From Solimonas sp. K1W22B-7 (GTDB lineage: Bacteria > Pseudomonadota > Gammaproteobacteria > Nevskiales > Nevskiaceae), in NCBI RefSeq assembly GCF_003428335.1, contig NZ_CP031704.1:4474071-4538070 (forward strand): a stretch of 64,000 nt of DNA, written 5' to 3'. Below the pieces are notes generated by a model. That model made no database searches. It had not been told where the DNA came from and saw nothing but the letters and a program-made list of their open reading frames with translations. A program made the translations under genes and the position numbers. Numbering within the stretch: the stretch's first letter is position 1; each line of letters begins with the position of its first letter. This document shows, in pieces, positions 44,516 through 57,200 of this stretch.

Positions 44516-47500
44516 ATGCAACAACACCTCCCCCTCGTCCGCGCCGGCCTCGCCGCGCAGGGCCCGATGGCCGGCCTGTTCCATGCGGCAGTGGCGGACT
44601 GGTTCACCGAGACTTTCGGCGCGCCCACCGAGGTACAGCAGCGCGCCTGGGAAGTGACCGCGCGCCACCGCGATGCCCTGATCGCCGCCCCCACCGGCTC
44701 CGGCAAGACCCTGGCGGCCTTCCTCGCCGCGATCAACGACCTGGTGATCGAAGGCATCCAGAACGGCCTGGCCGACGAAGTGCAGGTGCTTTACATCTCG
44801 CCGCTGAAGGCCCTGTCCAACGACATCCAGAAGAACCTGCAGGCGCCGCTGGAGGGCATCCGCCAGCGTGTCCGCGCCATGGGCCTGGGCGAGCTGTCGA
44901 TCCGCGACGCGGTGCGCACCGGCGACACCCCGACCTTCGAGCGCGAGCGCCAGCGCCGCGCGCCGCCGCACATCCTGGTGACCACGCCGGAGTCGCTGTT
45001 CATCCTGCTGTCCTCCGATTCCGGCCGCGACATGCTGCGCAAGGTGCGCAGCGTGATCGTCGACGAACTGCACGCCATGGCCGGCTCCAAGCGCGGCGCT
45101 CACCTGGCGTTGTCGCTGGAACGGCTCGACGCACTCTGCGGCAAGCCGCCGGTACGCATCGGCCTGTCGGCCACGCAAAAACCGGTGGAGACCATGGCCC
45201 GGCTGCTGGTCGGTGACTCCGGCCGCGCCTGCGAGATCATCGACACTGGCCACGTGCGCAAGCGCGACCTGGCGCTGGAAGTGCCGCTGTCGCCGCTGAC
45301 TTCGGTGATGTCCAACGAAGTCTGGGGCGAAATCTACGACCGTCTCGCCGAACTGACAAAGGCACACCGCACCACGCTGATCTTCGTCAACCAGCGCCGC
45401 ATGGCCGAGCGCCTGGCGCGCCACCTGGCCGAGCGCATCGGCGAGGAGCACGTCACCGCGCATCACGGCAGCTTGGCCAAGGAGCACCGCCTCAAGGCCG
45501 AACAGCGCCTCAAGGCCGGGCAGCTCAAGGCCCTGGTCGCCACCGCCTCGCTGGAGCTGGGCATCGACATCGGCGACGTCGACCTGGTCTGCCAGATCGG
45601 TTCGCCGCGCTCGATCAACGCCTTCCTGCAGCGCGTCGGCCGTTCCGGCCACGCCGTGCGCGCCACGCCCAAGGGCCGGCTGTTCCCGGTGTCGCTGGAC
45701 GACCTCGCCGAGTCGGTCGCGCTGCTCGACAGCGTGCAGCAGGGCGAGCTGGACCGCGTCTGCGTATTCCAGCAGCCGATGGACGTGCTGGCACAGCAGA
45801 TCGTCGCCGAGGTGGCCTGTCGCGAGTGGGGCCTGGAGGAACTCCATGCGCGCTTCCGCCGCGCCCTGCCCTACTGCGCGCTGACACTGGCCGCCTTCGA
45901 GGAACTGGTGCAGATGCTGGCCGACGGCTACAGCACGCGCCGCGGCCGTCGTGGCGCGCTGCTGCACTACGACGTGGTCAACCGCATGCTGCGCGGCCGC
46001 CGCGGCGCCAAGCTCACCGCCGTGACCAATGCCGGCGTCATCCCCGACCAGTTCGACTACGAGGTGGAGCTGTCGCCCGAGGGCCTGCGCGTCGGCACGC
46101 TCAACGAGGACTTCGCCTTCGAGAGCGTGCCGGGCGACATCGTGCAGCTCGGCAACACCTCCTACCGCATCCTGAAAGTGGAGACCGGCCGCGTCATCGT
46201 CGAGGACGCGCACGGCCAGCCGCCGAGCCTGCCGTTCTGGCTCGGCGAGGGCCTGGGCCGCAGCGAGGAGCTGTCGCTGGCGGTGTCGCGACTGCGGGCG
46301 CGGGCCGATCAGCTGCTTGGCGAGCACAGCGTCGAGGCCTGCCGCGACTGGCTGGTGCGCGACTACGGCCTCAGCGCCGCCGCGGCGCTGCAGCTGGCCA
46401 ACTACTATGCCGCCGCGCGCATCGCCCTGGGCCTGCTGCCGACACGCGATCGCATCGTCTTCGAGCGCTTCTTCGACGAGGTCGGCGACACTCACCTGGT
46501 GATCCACGCACCGCTGGGTTCACGGATCATGCGCGCCTGGGGCCTGGCGCTGCGCAAGAGCTTCTGCCGCCAGTTCAACTTCGAGCTGCAGGCGGCGGCG
46601 CTGGACGATTCGCTGGTGCTGTCGCTGGGGCCCACGCACAGCTTCCCGCTGGAAGACGTGAAGGGCTTCCTGCACGCCAACACCGCGGAGGAGAAACTGG
46701 TGCAGGCGGTGCTGCAGGCACCGATGTTCGGCACGCGCTGGCGCTGGGCCGCCAGCACCGCGCTGGCGGTGGCGCGCAACCGCAATGGCAAGCGCGTGCC
46801 GCCGCAGTTCCAGCGCAGCGATGCCGAGGACCTGCTGACCCACGCCTTCCCCGACGCCGTCGCCTGCCAGGACAACCTGCCGGGCGACCGCGAGATGCCG
46901 GATCACCCGCTGGTGCAGCAGGCCATGCACGACTGCCTGCATGAGGTCATGGACGTGGACGGCATGGTGGCGCTGCTGCGGCGCATCGAGACCGGCACGG
47001 TGGAGGTGGTCTGCCGCGACCTCACCGCACCCTCGCCGCTATCCGAGTCGATCATCAACGCCAAGCCCTACGCCTTCCTTGACGACGGCGCCGCCGAGGA
47101 ACGGCGCACGCTGGCGGTGAAGACCCGCGGCGTCTACGAACCCGAGACCGCCGCCGACCTCGGCCGCCTCGATCCTGCGGCGATCGAGCAGGTGCGCGGC
47201 GAAATGCGTCCCTCGGCGATCAATGCCGACGAACTGCATGACGCGCTGCTGGTGCATGGTTTCCTGACCGATGCCGAGGCGAGCGACATGGGCGCCGCCG
47301 GCTGGCTGGATGAATTGATGAGCCAGCGGCGCGTGGCGAAGCTGAGACTGGATTCCCGCGGGAGCGGCTTCAGCCGCGATGCGGAGTCCATCGCGGCTGA
47401 AGCCGCTCCCACAAAAGAACAGCTTCTCTGGGCCTGCGCCGAGCGCCTGCCCGAGCTGCGCGCCGTATTGCCGCAGGCCCGCGTCGAAGGCGACGCTCCG

Positions 47501-48901
47501 GCACTATCCGCACCACCCGACGCCGACCAGGCCCTGCGCGAACTCACCCGCAGCCGCCTGGAAGCCGTCGGCCCCGTCACCGCCGCCGAACTCGGCGCAC
47601 CGCTGGGCCTCTCCGCCGGCGGCATGGCGATCCCGCTGGCGGCGCTGGAGGCCGAGGGCTACGTCATGCGCGGCGACTTCACCGGCGCCGGAGAAGTGGA
47701 ATGGTGCGAACGCCGCCGCCTGGCGCGCATCCATCGCCACACCCGCGACAAGCGCCGCGCCGAAATCCAGCCGGTGTCGCCGGCGGCCTTCATGCGCTTC
47801 CTGTTCGACTGGCAGGGCCTGGCCGGCGGCGAACCGCGCGAAGGCGCGCCGGCACTGGGCCTGGTGCTGAACCAGCTCGAGGGTTTTCCGGTCGCCGCGA
47901 GCGCCTGGGAATCGGAGATCCTGCCGTCGCGCCTGCGCCACTACGAGGCCGGCTGGCTCGACCAGCTCTGCGCCACCGGCCGCAGCATCTGGCAGCGCCT
48001 GCCCAGCGGCGAAGGCGGCCGCAAGGCGGCGCCGGTGCGCGCCACGCCGATCGTGCTGCTGCCGCGCGAGCAGGCGGCCCACTGGCAGGCCGCGGCCGAT
48101 GACGATCCCGACCTCTCCGGCGCCGCCTTCGCGGTGCTGGAGACGCTGCGCGCTCACGGCGCGTCCTTCTTCGTCGAACTGGTCGCCGACTCCGGCCAGT
48201 TGCGCAGCCAGGTGGAGCAGGCCTTGGGCGAGCTGGTCAGCCATGGCCTGGTCACCTCGGACGGCTTCGCCGGCCTGCGCGCACTGATTGCGCCGGCCGA
48301 GATGAAGGCACGGCGCCTGCGCCGCGGCGGCTTGCAGGCCGCCTGCGCCAACCTCGAAGGCGCCGGCCGCTGGTCGCTGGTGCGCCCGCGCCGTGCGGCG
48401 GAGACACCGGAGCCCGCCGCGCGCACCGAGCACATCGCACGCGTGCTGCTGCGCCGCTACGGCGTGGTGTTCCGCAAGCTGCTGGAGCGCGAGCCCGCGC
48501 TGCCGCCCTGGCGCGAGATCTTCTACGTGCTGCGCCGCCTGGAAGCGCGCGGCGAGGTGCGCGGCGGCCGTTTCGTCAGCGGTTTCTCCGGCGAGCAGTT
48601 CGCGCTGCCCGAGGCCGCCGGCAGCCTGCGCCGTCACCGCGAGGACGCCGACGCCGCACTGGTCGCCGTCTCCGGCTGCGATCCGCTGAACCTCACCGGC
48701 ATCATCGTGCCGGGCGAGCGCGTGCCGGCCACGCCAGGCAACCGCGTGCTGTTCCGCGGCGGCGTGCCGGTGGCCTGCCGCATCGGCGGCGAGACACGCT
48801 ACCTGGTGCAGGGCGACATCGCGGTGCAAGGCGAGTGGAAACATCGCCTGGTGCGCCGCGCCAGCCGTGGCGGCGACGCGCCTATGGCTGCGGGGCAGTG
48901 A
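44516..48901 (+). CDS. lhr: Lhr-family large ATP-dependent helicase
   Basis: DEAD/DEAH core (APTGSGKTLAAFL, DELH, SAT, QRVGRSGH) plus the long Lhr C-terminal extension; 1461 aa. Confidence 0.85.
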   Translation: MQQHLPLVRAGLAAQGPMAGLFHAAVADWFTETFGAPTEVQQRAWEVTARHRDALIAAPTGSGKTLAAFLAAINDLVIEGIQNGLADEVQVLYISPLKALSNDIQKNLQAPLEGIRQRVRAMGLGELSIRDAVRTGDTPTFERERQRRAPPHILVTTPESLFILLSSDSGRDMLRKVRSVIVDELHAMAGSKRGAHLALSLERLDALCGKPPVRIGLSATQKPVETMARLLVGDSGRACEIIDTGHVRKRDLALEVPLSPLTSVMSNEVWGEIYDRLAELTKAHRTTLIFVNQRRMAERLARHLAERIGEEHVTAHHGSLAKEHRLKAEQRLKAGQLKALVATASLELGIDIGDVDLVCQIGSPRSINAFLQRVGRSGHAVRATPKGRLFPVSLDDLAESVALLDSVQQGELDRVCVFQQPMDVLAQQIVAEVACREWGLEELHARFRRALPYCALTLAAFEELVQMLADGYSTRRGRRGALLHYDVVNRMLRGRRGAKLTAVTNAGVIPDQFDYEVELSPEGLRVGTLNEDFAFESVPGDIVQLGNTSYRILKVETGRVIVEDAHGQPPSLPFWLGEGLGRSEELSLAVSRLRARADQLLGEHSVEACRDWLVRDYGLSAAAALQLANYYAAARIALGLLPTRDRIVFERFFDEVGDTHLVIHAPLGSRIMRAWGLALRKSFCRQFNFELQAAALDDSLVLSLGPTHSFPLEDVKGFLHANTAEEKLVQAVLQAPMFGTRWRWAASTALAVARNRNGKRVPPQFQRSDAEDLLTHAFPDAVACQDNLPGDREMPDHPLVQQAMHDCLHEVMDVDGMVALLRRIETGTVEVVCRDLTAPSPLSESIINAKPYAFLDDGAAEERRTLAVKTRGVYEPETAADLGRLDPAAIEQVRGEMRPSAINADELHDALLVHGFLTDAEASDMGAAGWLDELMSQRRVAKLRLDSRGSGFSRDAESIAAEAAPTKEQLLWACAERLPELRAVLPQARVEGDAPALSAPPDADQALRELTRSRLEAVGPVTAAELGAPLGLSAGGMAIPLAALEAEGYVMRGDFTGAGEVEWCERRRLARIHRHTRDKRRAEIQPVSPAAFMRFLFDWQGLAGGEPREGAPALGLVLNQLEGFPVAASAWESEILPSRLRHYEAGWLDQLCATGRSIWQRLPSGEGGRKAAPVRATPIVLLPREQAAHWQAAADDDPDLSGAAFAVLETLRAHGASFFVELVADSGQLRSQVEQALGELVSHGLVTSDGFAGLRALIAPAEMKARRLRRGGLQAACANLEGAGRWSLVRPRRAAETPEPAARTEHIARVLLRRYGVVFRKLLEREPALPPWREIFYVLRRLEARGEVRGGRFVSGFSGEQFALPEAAGSLRRHREDADAALVAVSGCDPLNLTGIIVPGERVPATPGNRVLFRGGVPVACRIGGETRYLVQGDIAVQGEWKHRLVRRASRGGDAPMAAGQ
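47358..47410. repeat. Family-1 REPIN palindrome embedded in-frame inside the lhr CDS
   Basis: CGGGAGCGGCTTCAGCCGCGATgcggagtccATCGCGGCTGAAGCCGCTCCCAC translated as ...SRGSGFSRDAESIAAEAAPT... within the Lhr ORF. Confidence 0.55.
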
Positions 48902-50177
48902 CGAAGCTGAAGCTGTAGGGGCGCGCCAGCGCAATCCCGCGGTAGTCCTTCGCCTTGGTCGTCACCACCGCGGTATAGCGCTCGCCCGGGCGCAGCGGTT
49001 CCTGCAGGCGCAGCCTGACCGCGTTGGCATAGTCGCGCTGCCAGCTGCCCGGCTCCACCACACCCCTGACGCGCTGCCCGCGCTCGTCGAACAGGCAGAC
49101 CGTGCCCGGCAGTTCCAGGCTCGCGGCATCCATGTTGCTGCTGAAGAAGACGTGCAGCCAGCGGTGCTGGGTCCAGGATTCGCGCGCCGGCTCCAGCACC
49201 ACGTCGAGCGCGCCGTGGCCGGGGTAGCTGCCGATCACCGCCGGCGGCAGCGGCTTCGCGGGATCGCCGGTCAGCAGGTCCCAGAGCTGGCGGTACATGC
49301 CGGCCACGGCGTAGCCGCTCTGCACCACGCCGCCCGGCGCGGTGTAGTAGTTGGCCGATGCCCAGGGCATCTGCAGGCGCATGCGCGTCACCTCCAGCGG
49401 TGCCGCGAGGCTTTCCGCCTGCACCGCCGCGCGCGCAAAGGCGTTGCCGCGCTCGATCATCACGGCCGTCACGCCCTGCTCCGGGCGGTTGCGCCGGTAG
49501 ACCTCCACCAGGTCCGCCGTGGGCGGGAACACCAGCGTCGGCGCGTTCAGCACCAGGCGGCGCTCGGCGATGTTGACCATGTCCATCGCGTACTCGATGG
49601 CGTTGAGCGGCGTGGCGCCGTAGAGCTGCTTCAGCGGATCGAGGATCGCCGCCGGCAGCTGCGGCAGGAGCTGGCCGATCCACTCCGGCGTGTTCGGCGT
49701 CTCGCCGCGGTTGCGCACCTCGGGCTCGAACTGCGCGTCCCAGGTCTGGTCGGTGAGGCTGTGGGCGGCATCGCCGAAGGCAAAGGCGATCAGGTGGCCG
49801 CAGCGGTCGGTCAGCAGGTTCAGGTCGATCGTGCCCAGCGGCGGGCGCCGCAGGATCGCGGTGCGCACTTCGCCGCTGCAGCCAGTCTCGCGCAGGTACT
49901 GCAGGAACTGGATGACGAAATCGCCCCAGTGCGCGCGCTCGGCCATGTCGCGGTCGGCCGGGAAGACATTGCCCGAGCCGTAGCCGCCGTCGGGGTAGAT
50001 CGCGCCGGCGATCAGCGCCGGGCGGTGCGCGGTCAGGATGGCCTTGAGCGGGCCGTCCTCCAGCGCGTCACGGCCGAAGTCGGCCATCGCGGCATGGGTG
50101 GCCATGCCCGCAGCCTGGGCGGCGCCGGCGCAGAGGGTCAGCAGCAGGGTAGCAAGCAGGCGCATCGGCTTCTTCAT
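48882..50177 (-). CDS. Secreted zinc-dependent phospholipase C-like protein with C-terminal Ig-like domain
   Basis: Signal peptide. H/D-rich PLC-like N-terminal domain (AGAIYPDGGYGSG, HW..F). Beta-rich C-terminus. Converges with and overlaps the lhr 3' end by 20 nt. Confidence 0.55.
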   Translation of the reverse strand: MKKPMRLLATLLLTLCAGAAQAAGMATHAAMADFGRDALEDGPLKAILTAHRPALIAGAIYPDGGYGSGNVFPADRDMAERAHWGDFVIQFLQYLRETGCSGEVRTAILRRPPLGTIDLNLLTDRCGHLIAFAFGDAAHSLTDQTWDAQFEPEVRNRGETPNTPEWIGQLLPQLPAAILDPLKQLYGATPLNAIEYAMDMVNIAERRLVLNAPTLVFPPTADLVEVYRRNRPEQGVTAVMIERGNAFARAAVQAESLAAPLEVTRMRLQMPWASANYYTAPGGVVQSGYAVAGMYRQLWDLLTGDPAKPLPPAVIGSYPGHGALDVVLEPARESWTQHRWLHVFFSSNMDAASLELPGTVCLFDERGQRVRGVVEPGSWQRDYANAVRLRLQEPLRPGERYTAVVTTKAKDYRGIALARPYSFSFVTAPQP

Positions 50178-50335
50178 TCGGTGGACTTGCAGCAGCCGTC
50201 CTCAAGCTGCCGGACCCGCTCCAGCTCGGCCCGGGCCTCGGCATCGCCGCCGGAGGCAGAGGACTGCGGAGCGTCGGAGGAATGGCAGGCGGCCAGCACG
50301 GCCACCGCCAGGAGCAGGGCGGCAAGACGGATCAT
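50174..50335 (-). CDS. Small lipoprotein (53 aa)
   Basis: MIRLAALLLAVAVLAACHSS lipobox. Stop overlaps the PLC-like start (ATGA). Short, hence low confidence. Confidence 0.4.
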   Translation of the reverse strand: MIRLAALLLAVAVLAACHSSDAPQSSASGGDAEARAELERVRQLEDGCCKSTE

Positions 50336-50531
50336 CGGCACAGTCTGGGTTTTGCGGGTGTCGCGAGGATGACGCCCTGGGACACTGTCCACCAAGGGGA
50401 AAGATTGCTCCACTCCCCGGCCCGCCGATGCCTGTCGTCGCTCGCCTGCGACCTTCCGTCCGCCGCAGGGAATCCTTGTCCACAGGCTAAATGTAGTATT
50501 TGTCCTACAATATTAATAAGGAAAGGCTTAC

Positions 50532-51512
50532 ATGACCGTCCAGGCCGGCAGGGCCCGCAGGATCAGCTGCATCGGCTTCGACTGGCGCGCCGAGGTCTCC
50601 CTGAAGGAGACGCTGGCGCTGCTGCGCGGCAAGACCCGCGAAGCCTGGCAGTACTCGGACGAGTTGACGGCGGAGGTGGTGGTGTACGAAACCCACAACG
50701 CCCTGGCCCAGGCCATGGTCCGGCGCTGCCAGGCCGAAGGCTCCGGCGGCCGCGTGTTCTTTCCCTCCAGCAGCGAAGACGACAGCGTGCTGACGCTGCG
50801 CTACCCCTTCGGCGCCAGCCGCCTGGTCGCCTGCCTGGACAGCGCCTCGCTGCAGTTGCAGGGCACTGCCGCCAACCAGGAGCGCAGCGACGAAGCCAGC
50901 CTGTGCCAGCGCATCGACGATGCCCTGCGCACGCCCGGCAGCCTGGCGGTGGCGATCCGCGCCGGCAGCCAGCAGGGCTGGCTCAAGCTGCCGGAGCGGC
51001 AGCTGTTCTGGTCGCAACCGCTGGGGATCGAGGAGATCGCACAGCTGCTGTCCGGCGACGTCGAGGTACAGGCGCTGGGCCCGGTGGACGCCGCCAGCCT
51101 GCGGCGCCTCGAAGCCGGCGCACGTCACCCGGCGCAGGCCGAACCGCTGCTCTGGGCAATCGGCATCGCGCGCTCCAAGGGCTCGCTGCTGCACCGTCTC
51201 GACATCGCCAGTCCCTGCCGCCTGCGCCGCTGGCCGGACTTCGGTGCGATCGGCCGCCGCAACCTGGATATCCGCTGCGCCTCGCTGCTGACGCAGCGCG
51301 AACTGGCGCCCACGCACCTGGCGATGATGGCGGGCATTCCGCTCGGCGCGATCGGCAACTTCCTCAACGCCTGTGCCCTGATCGACGTGCTCGAGGCCGG
51401 CAAGGCGACGGCCCTGCCGCAGGCCGCGCCGCGCGTGGCAGCCCTGCCTTCGGAATCCGGATTCGGCAGCATGCTGCGCCGCATCCGCATGGCCCTGACG
51501 ATCGCCGAATAA
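50532..51512 (+). CDS. Uncharacterised protein, first gene of conservon-like module (paralog of 58162..59088)
   Basis: 326 aa. About 35% identity to the second copy over the full length (shared G.DWRAE.SLK.TLALL.G.TRE.W ... RRPDFG..G....D.RC..LL.......LA..AGIP.....NFLNA.AL). Stop overlaps the GTPase start (TAATG). Confidence 0.6.
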   Translation: MTVQAGRARRISCIGFDWRAEVSLKETLALLRGKTREAWQYSDELTAEVVVYETHNALAQAMVRRCQAEGSGGRVFFPSSSEDDSVLTLRYPFGASRLVACLDSASLQLQGTAANQERSDEASLCQRIDDALRTPGSLAVAIRAGSQQGWLKLPERQLFWSQPLGIEEIAQLLSGDVEVQALGPVDAASLRRLEAGARHPAQAEPLLWAIGIARSKGSLLHRLDIASPCRLRRWPDFGAIGRRNLDIRCASLLTQRELAPTHLAMMAGIPLGAIGNFLNACALIDVLEAGKATALPQAAPRVAALPSESGFGSMLRRIRMALTIAE

Positions 51513-52066
51513 TGCCGCGGGAATACAAACTCCTGTTCGCCGGAGCGATGGGGGCCGGCAAGACCACCGCGATCGCCGCCATCAGCGACCACGCGCCGGT
51601 GCGCACCGAGGCGCTCAACAGCGATCGCAGCCAGCACGGCAAGGCGCTGACCACGGTGGGCTTCGACTACGGCGAGATCGCGCTCGACGGCGGCGACCGC
51701 CTGCGGCTCTACGGCATGCCGGGCCAGGACCGTTTCAGCTTCATGTGGAAGGTCGCCAGCGAAGGCGCCCTCGGCGTGGTGGTGCTGGCCGACAACAGCC
51801 GCCCCGATCCGCTGGCCGACCTGTCGCTCTACGTCGAGTCCTTTCGCGCGCTGGCGGATTGCGGCGCCATGGTGATCGGCATCGGCCGCCTCGGCGAAGG
51901 CAGCACCAGCGTCGAAACCTACGCCGCCTGGCTCGCCAGCCAGGGCCTGTCGCTGCCCGTGTTCACCATCGACGTACGCCGCCGCGACGATGTACTGCTG
52001 CTGCTCGACGCCCTGCTCTACCAGATCGAGGCCCACAAGATGCTTGCGAACGCCGGACATGCCTGA
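51512..52066 (+). CDS. CvnD/MglA-like Ras-superfamily small GTPase (conservon-type ATP/GTP-binding protein)
   Basis: GAMGAGKTT P-loop, TTVGFDYG switch I, LYGMPGQDRF switch II. Closely matches the actinobacterial CvnD pattern (GGFGVGKTT...LFGTPGQDRF). Confidence 0.75.
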   Translation: MPREYKLLFAGAMGAGKTTAIAAISDHAPVRTEALNSDRSQHGKALTTVGFDYGEIALDGGDRLRLYGMPGQDRFSFMWKVASEGALGVVVLADNSRPDPLADLSLYVESFRALADCGAMVIGIGRLGEGSTSVETYAAWLASQGLSLPVFTIDVRRRDDVLLLLDALLYQIEAHKMLANAGHA

Positions 52067-52472
52067 CGAATTCCCGATGGACCCCGCCACCGGCGGAAAC
52101 ACCGTGCCGGCGCACTACGCCACAGCGCTCGATGCCCTGCTCGCCACCGTGCCCGCGCTGACCGGCGCCGTGCTGTCGCGCAGCGACGGCTTCGAGGTGC
52201 TCGGCCGCACCCGCGCCGATGTCCCCGTATCGCGCCTGTCGGCGCTGTCCAGCTCGATGATGGCCCTGAGCCAGGCGGCGCTGCGCGAAGTCGGCATGCA
52301 CGGCGGCGGCGGCAGCGTCCTGGTGGAAGGCCAGGACGGAAAGCTGCTGCTGCTGGAAGTGCCGCTGCGCGGGCAGCCGATGGTGCTCGCCGCCATCGGC
52401 GGTGCCGACGTCGTCACCGGAACACTGCTGTGGGCCGCGCGCGATTGCGTGCGGCAACTGATCAATCCCTAG
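52059..52472 (+). CDS. Roadblock/LC7 domain protein (CvnB/MglB-like) 1
   Basis: ~137 aa. GAVLSRSDGFEV...LLLLEV pattern of the Roadblock fold. Overlaps the GTPase stop by 8 nt. Confidence 0.7.
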   Translation: MPDEFPMDPATGGNTVPAHYATALDALLATVPALTGAVLSRSDGFEVLGRTRADVPVSRLSALSSSMMALSQAALREVGMHGGGGSVLVEGQDGKLLLLEVPLRGQPMVLAAIGGADVVTGTLLWAARDCVRQLINP

Positions 52473-52494
52473 AACACAAACGGAGTACAACAAG

Positions 52495-52854
52495 ATGAGC
52501 AACGTTCAAGCGTCCCTCGAGAGCTTCCTGTCCCTGGACGGCGGCATGTGCAGCGCCCTGGTCGATGCCAACAGCGGCATGATGCTGGGCCAGGCCGGCA
52601 CCGGCGTGGACCTGGAACTGGCCGCCGCCGGCAACACCGAAGTGGTCCGCGCCAAGCTCAAGACCATGAACACCCTCAAGCTCAACGACAAGATCGAGGA
52701 CATCCTGATCACGCTGGGCAAGCAGTACCACATCATCCGCCCGATCGCGTCCAAGCCCGGCCTGTTCTTCTATGGCGTGCTCGACAAGACCAAGGGCAAC
52801 CTGGCGATGGCACGCCGCAAGGTGCAGGACATCGAAAGCGGCCTGGCGATGTAA
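52495..52854 (+). CDS. Roadblock/LC7 domain protein (CvnB/MglB-like) 2
   Basis: 119 aa. GMCSALVDANSGMMLG...HIIRP Roadblock pattern. ACGGAG RBS. Confidence 0.7.
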   Translation: MSNVQASLESFLSLDGGMCSALVDANSGMMLGQAGTGVDLELAAAGNTEVVRAKLKTMNTLKLNDKIEDILITLGKQYHIIRPIASKPGLFFYGVLDKTKGNLAMARRKVQDIESGLAM

Positions 52855-52865
52855 GCAGCCGCGCA

Positions 52866-52900
52866 AACAAGAAGGGGCCGCGATATGCGGCCCCTTTTTT
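52866..52900. terminator. Bidirectional rho-independent terminator
   Basis: AAGGGGCCGCGATATGCGGCCCCTTTTTTG between convergent operons. Confidence 0.7.
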
Positions 52901-52932
52901 GTATTCGCTCCTACACCCGAAGGGCATGGCTC

Positions 52933-56132
<3,200 letters not shown>

Positions 56133-56179
56133 TCAAGCCGCGTCGCTAGCCTGCTGCATTTTTCTTGCCGGAAACCGCA

Positions 56180-57103
56180 ATGTCTTCAATCTCCCTGCGC
56201 ACTGGTGTCGTCCTGCTGGCCCTGTCGCTGCTCGCTGCCTGCTCGGACAGCAGTAGTACCCAGGGCTCCGCTGAAGCGGGCGTCACTGAATTCCAGGTCG
56301 ATGCCGCCGAGCTGACCGAATCCTCCGGGCTGGCCCGCTCGCAGCGCCAGGACGATCTCTACTGGAGCCACAACGACAGCGGCGGGCCGACCACGGCCTA
56401 TGCCTTCGACGGCCTCGGCCGCCTGCGCGGCAGCCTGACGCTGTCGGGCGCGATCAACCTCGACTGGGAAGACATGGCGTCCTTCCGCGAAGACGGGCAG
56501 CCGCGGCTGCTGCTCGCCGACATCGGCGACAACGGCGCGATACGCCCGCTGCTGACGCTGTACATCGCCGCGGAGCCCGAGTTGCCCGCCCCGACGGCGG
56601 AAGCGCCCTCGGAACTGCGCGCGGCACCGCTGCGCAGCCTGCGGATCGCCTACCCCGACGGCCCGCGCGACTGCGAAAGCGTCGCCGTCGACGAGCGCGA
56701 AGGCGCGATCTACCTGCTGAGCAAGCGCGATCCTGTGCCGCGCCTGTACCGCCTGCCGCTGCGGCCGGCGCTGCCGCTGGCCATTGCCACCGCGCTCGGC
56801 GAGATCGCCATCCCGCGCGCGCCCGAGGGAGCCGCGGAACCGGAGCGCATCAACTGGGTCACCGGCATGGACTTCGACGCGGCCGGCGAGCGGCTGGCCG
56901 CGGTGTCGCTGACGCAGCTGCACGTCTGGCGCCGCAATGCCGGCGAAACCTGGGAGGCGGCATTGCAGCGCCTGCCGCGGACGCAGGACCTGCCGGACTA
57001 TTCGCAGATCGAGGCCGTCACTTGGACCGCCGACGGCAGCGCCGTGCTGATCAGCTCCGAGGGCAATCCCACGCCGGTGGCACGCATCCCGATCCCGGAT
57101 TGA
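56180..57103 (+). CDS. Hypothetical lipoprotein
   Basis: MSSISLRTGVVLLALSLLAACSDSS lipobox; ~307 aa. WSHNDSGG/DCESVAV motifs suggest a beta-propeller-like fold. Confidence 0.55.
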   Translation: MSSISLRTGVVLLALSLLAACSDSSSTQGSAEAGVTEFQVDAAELTESSGLARSQRQDDLYWSHNDSGGPTTAYAFDGLGRLRGSLTLSGAINLDWEDMASFREDGQPRLLLADIGDNGAIRPLLTLYIAAEPELPAPTAEAPSELRAAPLRSLRIAYPDGPRDCESVAVDEREGAIYLLSKRDPVPRLYRLPLRPALPLAIATALGEIAIPRAPEGAAEPERINWVTGMDFDAAGERLAAVSLTQLHVWRRNAGETWEAALQRLPRTQDLPDYSQIEAVTWTADGSAVLISSEGNPTPVARIPIPD

Positions 57104-57200
57104 ACCGGGTTGCCGTCGGCAGCTCCCGGGCTTGGGCCGGATTTATGCTCGCCCCGGGCTGCGCCATGCGGCAGCATGCGCATCAAACCAGGAGAACGAC

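Noticed and set aside
44450-46507. 685-aa minus-strand ORF inside lhr, and similar long antisense ORFs (19617..21119, 24048..25763, 36751..38016, 38233..39471, 54045..55967, 57183..57920, 61189..63444)
   Set aside because: All are antisense to genes with strong family signatures. Their products are Ala/Arg/Gly-rich without motifs. Expected artefact of high GC (rare stop codons).
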